A model generated the notes under the pieces. That model ran no database searches, was not told where the DNA came from, and saw only the letters and a program-made list of their open reading frames with translations. A stretch of DNA of 64,000 nucleotides from Glaucostegus cemiculus (Eukaryota), in contig CDPCPM010000029.1 in NCBI GenBank assembly GCA_976551045.1, forward strand, positions 40,114,001-40,178,000. The letters are read 5' to 3'. Shown piece by piece: positions 1 to 12,600 of the stretch. The first letter of the stretch is position 1; each line of letters begins with the position of its first letter. The position numbers and the translations under genes are program-made.

Positions 1-269
1 GCAGAACTGAAAAGACTGCCAAAAAATCTATCAAAATTTTGTGCTATTCATTTTCTTGTCTTCCACAAAGATCCTTGGCCCATCCTGATGTAAACAAAAG
101 TGTTAACAGGCTTCTTACTTGTGAAGTGTGGCAATAATTTCAATGTTTGTCATGAGGAAACAATGTCTATTTCTCTTTAAAAGCAAACAGAATAGCAAAC
201 TGCACAAACAAAAACTAATGAAAGGCAAATGAGAAATTTATTGAGGTAGAAGTGCTCACAAGGACATCT

Positions 270-353
270 GAATTCATTTCTCTTCAGTAATGAATTATAT
301 TATGTAACTTGAATTAATTTCTTCAGTCAAGAATTATTTTATGTCACTTGAAC
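270..353. repeat. Degenerate tandem duplication, unit about 40 bp, 2 copies
   Basis: gaattcatttctcttcagtaatgaattatattatgtaactt / gaattaatttcttcagtcaagaattattttatgtcactt. Confidence 0.7.
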
Positions 354-502
354 TGATAAACTCAAGCCATGGTTCATAATCTGCTTTCAAAAACAGTAGA
401 CAATGTGTTTGTGAACTGGTGGCCTTATTTGTGCACTTGATTTATTTGTTTGGCATTCTTTCATAAACACTTAAAAGGACAGATAATTGCAAATACGCAA
501 AC

Positions 503-631
503 CTGTGTTGTAATTAGGTGATGGTACGGATTTACATCCTGAAGGTGTTTGGGAAGAACCACGCGTTCACCTTTTTGGCAATCGGCGACAGCTCCTATCT
601 TAAACAAGGTTTGGTTATAGCTCTCACCAGC
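503..631 (-). CDS. TAF1C: TAF1C coding exon 11 (AGESYNQTLFKIG...CQKGERVVL...HLITTQ)
   Basis: 129 nt inside ORF 461..658; ttcattcag| acceptor, CAG|gtttg donor. Confidence 0.92.
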
Positions 632-3600
632 CTGAATGAATACATTAAAAAAAATCATTAAACTTTTAAGAAATGATCCTAAACTTTGTTATCACATTTA
701 TATTTTATTACAACAATAGGCCCATGGAGTTGAGCCCCATTTATGAGAATATTCCCATCAATCCCTTTCCCCCACTTATTTCCTGTAACTGCACAGTAGT
801 GTAGTGCTTTGCAGTGCAAGTGACCCAAGTTCAATTCTTGCCACTGTCTGTAAGGAGTTTGTACGTTGTCCGCATGTCTGTGTGTGTTTCCTCTGGGTGC
901 TCCGGTTTCCTCCCACATTCCAAAGACGTACAGGTTAGGAAGTTGAGGCAATGCTATGTTGGTGCCAGAAGCGTGGCGACACTTGTGGGCTGCCCTCAGA
1001 ACACTACGCAGAAGCTGCATTTCACTGTGTGTTTCGATGTACATGTGACTAATAAAGATCTTAATCTTAATCTCATTTTATTCTCTCTCATAGGTCCATC
1101 AACTCCCCCTGATTCTCTTATCACTAACCTATGCCAAGGTCAATTGGCTACTGCAAATTATCCCAATAGCTAGCTTTTCTTTAGGATGTGGGAGGAAATC
1201 CACATGGTCACAAATCCAAATCCATAGCACCAAGATTAGATCGAACCTGGGTTGTTGGAGCTGTGAGGCAGCATTGCTATCTGCTGTGCCACTGTATCTC
1301 CTTGTGTATTACCAAAATGGCTAATAAGACCATGGTTTCATAAAAATATACAGCATGAAAATAACATTTTCCCCAAAAATGTCTTTGAATTTAAAAATAG
1401 CTGCAAGTATTACACTGTCAAACTGATTAATTTAAAAATCTGACCATAACCCTCGTTCTTTAAAATGCATCTTTGCAAACTGAGTGAATATAATGACTTG
1501 CGTTTGATCTCAGTGTTAAAGCAAAAGTGTGAAAGGTACAAACATCTCTTATATTCCTGGATTTTATTACATGTTGGCAGGGGCAAGGCAAGAGTTGAAT
1601 CAATTCCATTAAAAGATGAGAAATTATTTCCAGATGATACCAGTGCCACTTAAGTTGAAAAATATCCACAACTGATCTAAATTCATATACATTTGATAGG
1701 TTTAGTTTATTTTTATAATACTTTGTACTTCTGGTTGCCACAGCTTTGTTAAATGCTCTATCTGCAATGACTAAAATAAGATAAAGTTTGAATTATTTTC
1801 ACACAGTGTTGTTCATAACAAAGTTATTTGAGCATTAAAAACACTCCTGCATATAATGTTCTAAACCTCAGTAACAGTTCAGGAAGAGTGTTGGGAGAAG
1901 GACCTGGAAAAAACAATGAATAATTATAACTTTAAAAATATTAATATTCCTGAATCCATCAATTCTAAAACTGTAATGAACTATCTAAATAGGTCTTACC
2001 CTCACATCAGTTAAATCCAGTCCAGTTCTGTCCGCATACATATACACCCGTGGGTGAGCAGTAAAGTCACACCACCTCCATGGTAATTGAGCATTGAAGT
2101 AGAGGTTCTGTGTTTCTTTTCTTATTTTCTGAAGGCTGGGGTATAACGGAAAAGGTAATGATAAATGGTTAAATGGACCCTAGCATAAAATAAGTTTACC
2201 AATCAAACCTTAAAAAAAGTGCAGACTAACACACAAGCTTAAATTTTACAAAACATGCAAACATCTACAAACAAATTCAAACCTCTGCAAACTCATCTCA
2301 GTCTATGTACCCTTTGTACAGGGAATATCCTCCTACGTGGTCACCTTAGGTCTTCACATTGACTCAAAAAGGCAGAGCTTTCCCCAACCAAAACCATCTG
2401 AAGATTACACCAAAGAAGGAAGGACCAATCACAAGGAGCTGAGCAAATCAATGAGCTTTCAAAGACCTGGTCAATTTAAAACCTCTAGATTTGATAGACA
2501 TCAGCACCATATGCCATCTATTCTTAAATACAGACCCAAAAACCACCCATGGATGACACCCCAAATTAGAGGCTTTGTATGTATTATTTTGTATGCAAGA
2601 GTTAGCAACTGCCAATCCAGGGGGAACAAATGTATCTTTGTGGAACTGAATGACTGTTAAATGATTCCATTTAACTCATAAACGCCTCTCCCATACTAGT
2701 TTATGGTCCCCAGAGAGGGTCACACAATTGGCCAGTAGCATTAAGTAGACATTAATAGGATTAACTGTTCTCTGAGGAGGCACTACTGATTATCGACAAA
2801 TAAAATCATGGTGCTTAGTAGTTTGTATTGCCAAGCAAGCAAATACACAGCTAAATCTTGCTTTTCAATAATTACTTCTCTGCAGCCCACCAGCAGCCAA
2901 CATTTATCCTTTGGCTCATAACCAATTATTTAAAATTTGACGAAATAAAACTTGGAGTCTTAATAACTGTTGTTTACTGTCAAAATACATTTTGTGATTG
3001 GTAAAGCTTTTACTTGAATTAATCACTGGATGGATAATTGCAAGTATAAAAGGAAAGGTTTTGATTTATATTCACATGAGTAACTTCATCTTCAGGAACA
3101 TTCAGAGTGCATTTGCATTTACCCTTTGTCCAGGATCCAAAGGTAAGCAGCTCCAGACTCGCTAGCAATTACCAGCTCTCCAGGCACGTGAGGACTGAGA
3201 TAAAAGAATAAAAGATTATAGCTGAACTATTTCAGCCCCATACTTTATTAAACCCTATAACTCGTACAAGAACTTACCAATGGAGGTAAATGTTTTAACA
3301 TCTTTTTACTTAAAATGAACAATTTACAGCCAAGAGCTCTGTGATCCACCTGACTAATATGTCTGACACATTCACAAACTTGTTCAGCCAGCAGTGCTAG
3401 ATAAATAATCATCCAGTCTCCAGCCAATTTGATTCACTCCATGTGACAGCATGAAAGTGGCAAAGAGCACCAGATACAGCAAACGCTAGGGGACAAAACA
3501 ATATTCCAGTTGTAGTACTGATGACCTGTGCTCCAGAACTACCTGCACTTCCTGAGTTCCTCCAGCATTTAGTGTGTGTTCCTTCAGCCAAGCTGTTCCA

Positions 3601-6600
3601 ATAGTTACAACATAGGCATGCATCCAACAATGTGGAAAATTACTGAGATACATCCTGTTCACAAAAAGGACAAATCCAATCTAATTACTTATGGCCCAAC
3701 CAGCCCATTCTCAATCATAAAGTGAAAGGTGGTGTTGTCAACAGTGCTATCAAGCAGCAGCTATTCAACAATAACATACCCATCTATGACAAGTTTTAAT
3801 CTCGTTAGCACTAAACTTCATCACAGCCTTGGTTCAAATATGGAATAAAGGGCCGACTTTCATCCACATAAGAACCAGGACTACACAGCAGGTCAGAGGC
3901 TGACACTCCTGCAGTGACCAACTCCCAAAGCCTTTCCACCATCTTCACATCACGTTAGGAGTGTGAAGGAATACTCTCCAATTGCCTGGATTAGGAATGC
4001 AGTTCCAACAACGTTCAACGCACTCAATGTCATCCAGGACAAAGCAGCCCATTTGATATTCATGCCATCAAGCACTCTACACTCATTCCCTACATCACCA
4101 GTGGCAGTGGTTGCATTGTATACCATCTGCAAATTGTTCACATAGGCTATTTCAACAGCACCTCCCAAACCCATGACCTTTACCACCAAGGTCAAGGGCA
4201 GAGGGTGCATGGGAACATCACCACCTGCAGGTTTCCCTCAAGTCATACACAATTCTGACTTGGAAACACATTGCTAGACCCTCATTGCTACAGAGTCCAA
4301 ATCCTGGAACTCCCTACTCAAGACACCATGGGAGAACTTTCAACTGACGGACTGCAGTCGTTCAAGACAGCAGCTCACCACCTTCTCAAGGGCAATTAGG
4401 ATGGGCAATAAATGCTGGTTTTGTCAGTGATGTCCAGATCCCAAAAATGAATGCAGTACACCCCTACATTACAGAGGGAATTTGTTCCTTGTAAACTGTC
4501 TGTATTGCGATTTTCCAAAACGCAAACACTTGACAAAATTTTTTCTCACAAATTCCATAAGAACCAAATTTATTCTGTATTTCAAATTTTTTTGGCAGTG
4601 CTTTCTGAATTCCATAACAGCGAAGTTCTATTACTCCAACTGCCATAACACAGGGGTGCACTGCAAATAAAAAATTCTAATTATAGCATTGAAGTGGATC
4701 TTGAATGAACCCAGGGTATAAATCTCTAATAATTTACCTGGAAGACCATTCTATGTGTGGATCACACTATCTGAACTTCTCAGATGGTAGAAATATTTTA
4801 GCTTTCACCTTTCCGAGATGGCCATACAATATTTCTTCTTTTCCAAGACTGTAAAACCCCAGATCTATTCACATAATTCAGCCCTTAAATCTTAGGAATC
4901 ATTTTTACTGCTCTTTAAATTGTCCCTAATGTTTGCATGATGGCATGATGGCTGAAATAACAAATTACAGAACAAGCACTTCAGCCCCACCAACACACAG
5001 AAGTCTTCCCTGCACACAAGCAAACAGTTCTATTTGCAAATACTGCAATATCACCCAAGAATATAAAAACTACATGCTACTGGATGCTCCAAAATTACAA
5101 AGTATTAACCTTCCAAGCAACAAAAGCAATATTAATCAAAAAAATTGTGTAAATAAATACAGCTTTTACATAAATAGCACCTTTAACATAGCAAAATGTT
5201 CCAAAGTGGTTCAGTAATGTACAAAACAGATGCCATCAAAAGTGGAGAAAATAGGAGAGACCAAAAGTTTAACTGGAGACAAGTCTTCAGAAAAGATAGG
5301 CAGCAGTGTTTCAGAGAATACCTGAAGAGCGGAACCCAGGTGACTGAAGGCAAGAATAAATCTAGTACTCTTACTCTTCCATAAGAAAGCTATATTCCAA
5401 CATGGTACTGGTGTGGACCATAAAACTTTAGTCTGAGCTTTGTTCCAAACTTGGAGGGCAACTTAGGATTTAGTAAAACTTGGATAACATGCATTTTAAA
5501 AGTCCTAAGTATTAAGATTCTAGTAAATATAGGGCTCTGAACTTAATCTTTACCTGACATTAATGCATGTAGCCATTTTTTCTGTCTGAACCACTTGTAA
5601 TGCAGATGGATTCATGTCATGGGAGAGTTTCCATACCCCACAATGATAGTCAGAGCGAACCCCTACAAAAACTGCCATTTGAAAAAGTTTGGAGAACAAA
5701 GAAGCATGCATTATTAACAGACCATTTTAAAGTAAAAACTGATAATTCATATGCACAAATATCTTTTAATATCCTTTTTTCTAAGCTCAATATAGCAACA
5801 AGAGCGAGTCATACAGCCATTGACACTACAGAATGTATTGAATAGAGAGGCATAGTGGCTTTACATGCTTATAGCTCTGGACAATAAACACAACAGGAAA
5901 TGGTTTAAAGAAAGTCGACTTTTGGATTTAAATGTAAAGATGGGCTCACACAAAGACACGGCAACTTTGAATGGCATTAATCTGAAAAGGTACTCCAGGG
6001 TACCAAAATACCAACGGGATGGAACTACATGCAACAAGAGTGAAATATTAATTTATAAACAATGCACCAAGATATTTTGTCATAAAATAGGGATGCTGCA
6101 CTGCTAAGAAAGTCGTTTTTGAGGAAATATATACCCAGAATACATTTTCCCTTTCAGATGCTCTTAAATGGTGATACTATTTAAGTTATCCCTCAGTCAA
6201 TACTGATATATATTTCTAACAGTAAGACTCTGCTGTGTGTAAATTGTTACATAATTACTACAATACTCTGTCATGTTTAAGATACTAGTGTGCCAAACCT
6301 CCAATATAAATGCAAGTTTTTCTTCATTCATTTAAAATAAAATTTTGAAAAATAAAAAATATTGCAAATTTAATAGTTTACATCTGTACTTACCTTCTTC
6401 CTCCAAAAAACTGGAGCTGATTTGATGGATTCTGCCCTTCAGCTCAAATTTCACTGGCTTAAACTCAGCATTCAATTTTGGCATTTTATCTTGATCATAA
6501 CTTAGTGCAATTTTGTGAAAATCTGATGCTTATACATAAAGGAACCTTAACATCACTGATAAAAATGTAGTTTTTCCAAGTTTCATATCTCCCAATAATA

Positions 6601-9600
6601 CAACAGCAGAATGGTAAACTTGAGACTGTTATGTTACAGCTCCCTGACCACAAAACTATCCAGTGTCTTGTACCAACACAATATGTATATTAAACTTGGC
6701 AGAGACCCAAGCCCCGACTCTAAATTCAATAAATAATAATATAAAAAAATTGAACTGAGCTTTATTCCACAAATAGACATCCAGTAAGCATACAAGGGTA
6801 CAGAAATAGTATGGTGCAAGCTTTAAAATAAAGGAGGAATTTGAAAAAATGTTGTTTAAAACAGAAAAAGAATTTGAGAAGTGCTGATTTGCTTTTTGCC
6901 TTAATGTCTGAGTTGTGGATTTAAAACTTGAGTACTTAATATAGGCTGACAGTTTTCTGCATTAACGACAAAATGCTGTATTATTGAAATGCTATCTTTT
7001 GGTGCAACATTAAGCACTGATTCAGTTGATGAGTTCACTAACACATTAGTCTGCTGTGGCAAAATACAAAAAGACCCAAGCATTCCCCTCCTAAGCACCC
7101 TTCATTCTTGACTTCATCCCAAGTAGTCTACTTGATCAGCTGTTGTACTTGGGACTCTACTGTGAGAAATTAGCTGTTGTATGTATTTACAGAAAACAAT
7201 AATTCCACTCCAAATACCATGTCAAGCTCTGTAGGTGGATGAAGGTACTGTTACAAATTTAGCTCTTGCCTTACTCCCTCTGCTTTGGAACTGCTGCGAG
7301 TAGCTTGAAACCCCCACACCTTTATTCAACAATACCTCTAAGCTATTAGTTACTCATCCTGAACAGTGAAGGACAACATTTGACCCATCATATCTAAGCC
7401 CAATCTTTGAAAGCTATTCAATTAGTCCCACTCCAGTACCTTTTACTCATCAGAGAAGAATTTGAGATTATTTTCCTATATTATTCCAATATAACAAATG
7501 TTTTGTTTTTCTGTCCAATACCCAACTGCTTAACAATGTACTCTGGGGTCATTTCAAAATCATAAAAAGGTTAAATTGCGAAGACTATTCAGCCCATTTA
7601 ATCCATCTCCCTCTTTACAAAGACAATCTAGCAAGACCTATTCCTCTTTCAGAAGATCAGAGGTCGAGGTATCCAGGGGAGGTTGGCTGTGTGGATAAGA
7701 AATTGGCTTTCCTGTAGAAGGCAGAGGGTTATGGTGGAGGGAGTGCCCTCGGATTGGAGGGCTGTGACTAGTGTAGTCCCGCAGGGATCGGTTCTGGGGC
7801 CTCTACTCTTTGTTATATTCACAGATGATTTGGATAGAGGAGTGGAGGGATGGGTTGGTAAGTTTGCAGATGACACCAAGATCGGTGGTGTGGTAGATAG
7901 TGTGGAGGACTGTAGGAGCTTACAGGGGGATATTGATAGGATGCAGAACTGGGCTGACAGGTGGCAGATGGAGTTTAATCCGGAGAAGTGTGAGGTGGTG
8001 CGCTTTGGGAGGACAAACTCCAGGACAGAGTATAAGGTAAGTGGCAAGGTTCTTCGCAGTGTAGAGGAGCAGAGGGATCTGGGGGTTCATATCCACAGTT
8101 CACTCAAAGTTGCCTCGCAGGTGGATAGGGCTGTTAAGAAGGCTTATGGGATGTTAGCTTTTATAAATAAAGGGATTGAGTTCAAGAGCAGAGAGGTGAT
8201 GATGCTGCTTTACAAAACTCTAGTTAGGCCGCACTTGGAATATTGTGTTCAGTTCTGGTCGCCGCATTATAGGAAGGATGTGGAGGCGTTGGAGAGGGTG
8301 CAGAGGCGATTTACCAGGATGATGCCTGGATTGGAGGGTATGGAATATAAAGAGAGGCTTAAGGTGCTAGGGCTCTACTCATTAGAGAGGAGGAGGATGA
8401 GAGGGGACTTGATAGAGGTGTTTAAGATATTGAGAGGAATAGATAGAGTTAATAGTCAGCGCCTCTTTCCCAGAGTGCAGATGCTCAAGACGAGAGGGCA
8501 TGCCTTTAAGATAATTGGTGGAAAGTATAGGGGAGATGTCAGAGGGAAGTTTTTCACCCAGAGAGTGGTTGGTGCATGGAATGCACTGCCTGGGGTGGTA
8601 GTGGAGGCAGATACGTTGGACAGGTTTAAGAGATTGTTAGATAAGCACATGGAAGAATGTGGAATAGTAGGATATGAGGGTGGAAAGAGTTAGTTTGGGA
8701 GATGTTTGTAGGATGGCACAGCTTGATGGGCCGAAGGGCCTGTTCTGTGCTGTATTGTTCTATGTTCTATGTTCTTTCTCTTCCACACAGACCTGTTAAT
8801 TCCTTCTTTTCAGATACATATCCATCTCCCCTTTGAACACTACATTTGAATCTGCTTCACTAATATCCTTGGCAGTGCATTCTAGACTCTAAAGACTTTC
8901 TTCCCTCATAGAATTTCCGGCCATCATTACAATTATCTTAATACCACATCCCCTGGTTCATGACCCTTTCACCAATTAGATAATAAGGCTGTGTCTTTTT
9001 CTACATAGTGCTGCACAATTTTAGACAATAATACAAAATAATGAACACACTAAGGTATCTCATATTGATGAGTTATTTTACTTAAGAACAATATGATTCC
9101 TAAATACCCACAAGCTGAACTTTTAAACTTGGCCAGAGCTCAGTTTCACAGATTTCTACTCAACATTACCCCTCCATTTTAAAATGTTAGTTTTCAATTT
9201 CTCTACCAAGATCACCTTCATTTCTGTAAGCTTCCTCTAATCCTTCTGATATCCAAGATCATTAAATGTTTCCATTGCTAGCCTCTTGAAATCTTGATTG
9301 TCCTTGCCATATCTATAATGGCTATGGCTTCTGCATCAAGTCACAAAACTCTGAAATTTCCACCCCCAAAGTCTTTTGCGTCTTTCTACCATGTTAAGAT
9401 GCAGTTTAAACTTTGTCTTCGACTATGCATTCAGTCGTCTGATAACAACAATTCAAAAGGATACTAAGCAAGTTCATGGAGTTGCTGCCAGGATAGATCA
9501 AACATCCTTCTTCAAAATAGGCTCCTCTGGAAAAAGGGCAATATACCAGAGCTCCTCCTGTGGCAGAGTGATCAAACAGAAGTTTGTTTCTTTGAATCTT

Positions 9601-12600
9601 CATTTCTTCGTGAATACTTTCCGCCAGTAAGTTTGGGGGTATGTCAAAAATAGACTCCTGCATAAACAGATTTAAAAGTCTTGCACGTTTACTTGCACTG
9701 GAAAGTGGGCACCTATAAAAGAAGCATACACTGGAATAAATGCTAAGAAGACAGTGGTCTGAAAACTTCATTAGATCTTAACAAAACTGACATGTAATAC
9801 AAACATCAAAAGTTTTTTGGTATAACAATTTGTTAATAAAGGGCAGTAACTCTGGTGAATTATCTACAGCATGTGAACCCAAGAAACTTTGTATTTTGTT
9901 TAATATTTACAAACTAGAGCATGGCAATCCAGTGAATATACTACAGATGCTCGTACTTAAAGTAGAAACTATTGTAAGTGATGTTTGTTTCCTAGAGCTA
10001 ATATAGTTTTATGAAGATTTTTGTTTAAACAAGTCATGAAAACCTTCTATAGGGGGACCATTGAGAGCATCCTAACTCATTGTATCACTGTTTGGTTTGG
10101 AAGCTGCTCAGCTGCTGGGCGGAAGTCCCTCCAGAAGATAGTTAGGGCTGCGGAGTGGATCATAGGTGTCTCGCTTCCATCCCTCGCAGACATATACAAA
10201 GACCGTTGTGTGAGGAAGTCCAAAAGCATAATGGCCGACCCTTCTCACCCCTCCCACCACCTCTTCACAATTTTGCCATCAGGAAGGAGGCTTAAATGTA
10301 TCAGGGCAAGAACGACCAGGCTGAACAATAGCTTCTTTCCGCAAGCCATCAGAACTGCAAACTCTCTCATCCCTCCATTTTCCTTTGTTAACACTAAGAG
10401 ATGCTAGGTGCACAGAAATGCACCAGCACTTTAAATGCCGACACCAGCCCATTCACTTTAATAACTATTTATTTATTTACCGGCCATTTTTAATTTAATC
10501 TGCATATTAATTTAATTTTAACTTCCGTAGCTTTTAATGTTTAATGTTTTTTTAATGTTTATTCTGTCGAGTGTGTATGTGTGTCTCTGTTGGTTGTTAC
10601 GTTATTTTATGGGATGAGCACCTGAGGAGGACGGTATCTCGCTCCTATGCATACTATGTATGTATATGGTTGTGACAATAAAACTGATTCTGATTCTGAT
10701 TGAGGAAATGTAACCCAGAGAAATAAGTCTGCACAAAAGCATTACTGATGCTAGAAATCAAAACAAATAGAAAATGCTAGAAAGGTTCAGCAGATCAGGC
10801 AGAATCCAAGAGAAACAATCTTTTCAGTTCACTAACCATCTGTTTAGGTTATTCACCTGGCATATCAACTGCTCTCTCTCCATAGCTGCTAACATGCCAG
10901 AGTACTTTTTTTGTTTAACATGAGAAAACTCCATAAGGAGAACAACCTTACAAGATGTTCCCTCCAAGATAAATTCTTACCCTCTCTTCTTTACTCGTTC
11001 TGTGAATGCTTTCAAATGGTTTACATTTACTTTTGTCTGCTTTGCTTTTCCCTTGAAGAAAGAACACCGTATCAGACTAATCTGCATGTTAAATTATTCC
11101 CCCACATTCATACATGTGCAATGATGAAATCTCTGAATGCAAATGCAATATTAAGCATTGAAGGTCTACAAATTGAAGCTTTCCAAATCTAGCAGCTGTG
11201 GGCTGCAACAAATTTGGGAAAGACAAACCAGCAAAAAGAATACACAATAAATGTTGGAGTACCGCATATTGAAGAACATCGAAGTCTTTAAGTGCATATC
11301 CAGAGATCCCCAAAAGATAACAAAGCAGGAGCTTAATGAATCACACAAGATATTTTCCTGAGGAATAGAATGCCAGGGCGGAGCGGTCATGTTAGAACTG
11401 TAATAGACAATTCTTGGTCTACAACTAGAATACTCCATAGAGTTGAGGTCACTATATTACAAGCCAACACCGAAGAGGGTACACAAGAAGTGCAGAAGAT
11501 GCTGCTAGGACAAATTTTTAGTTATAAGTTAGTTACTGACTAAGTAATGGTGGTTTCCTATTTTTCCACAAAACAGAGGAGACCTCGTCAAAATTTAATT
11601 GGAATATAAAAATGACAGAGATAGACAAGATGAACAGGAAGACCTATTTCCCACTGCAAAAAGGTTAATGCCAGTGGTGGGGTTTGGGGGGGGGGGGGGG
11701 GGGGGGAGTGGTGGTGGTGGAGAAGAGAGGGGGCAGCAAAGATTCCAGGTGATCGTTGAAGGGTTGAAGGGATTGGAGGGGAGTTGAGAATATTTTTATG
11801 CAAAGGCTGGTGAAGTCCAGAGCTCACAGTTACAAAGTATAACTTGATGTGCTACATAATACAAAGCCACAGACCAAGAGCTAAGATTAAGTTGGGAGAG
11901 CTTGATGTAGTATTAAAAGGATGGGCCACAGCACATTCCTGCTGTGATGTAAACTTCTATATTTCAGTGAATTTGCAGTGATTCTCAACTTCAGGATAAT
12001 TCTGGGAAAGCAGAATTGGGCTGTGGACAGAACAGTGCAACATTATGGGTTCTGATATTTCACAACAAACTTAATTTCTAACAACAGAACAATGACAACT
12101 ATAATGACCCATGGTGCTTCAAGAGGTTATCTAAAAATCTCACTGGAACTGGAGATGATCAAGTGTTGAAAATGAAGACAAATAACAATAGGTGAATGGG
12201 TGGCCACATGAACAGTCTTTATCTACTTATTTCTCATAATATAAAATAAAATGAATATTAGCACAATTCTGTCAACCTAGTTCTTTTTCCTTCTCATTTT
12301 GTCCCTCTCAATATTACTCAGAAGCAGCATGGATTACCCTTTGGGACATTATCCATGTGAACGTATTAATTCCGTACATCAAAATTCTATGCAAAATAGT
12401 TTCCAAGTCAGTGCAAAGCAGACATTTAGGAGACAAATTGGTTTTTGGAACAATTCACACAAAGTAAGAATACCTTATATTTGTCTTACATTTGTACAAA
12501 TTTCTAAATGTAACATTTAGCCACACTTAAATCAAAGTGGCTTATCTTAGCCCAATATCAAGTGGAAACAAGAATAAAGTGTACAAAATAATATCTTAAA

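Noticed and set aside
679-1173. Overlapping 120-aa ORFs
   Set aside because: Both are read through a V-SINE; similar peptides recur at the other SINE copies
3409-3630. Minus-strand ORF as an extra TAF1C exon
   Set aside because: Flanking exons 5554-5671 and 3123-3194 already join in frame and are contiguous by homology; the ORF partly overlaps repeat remnants
7683-8693. 336-aa RT ORF as a domesticated gene or retron-like system
   Set aside because: Ordinary 5'-truncated CR1 with a typical tail, no true start codon, and a near-identical 3' fragment at 45327-45635
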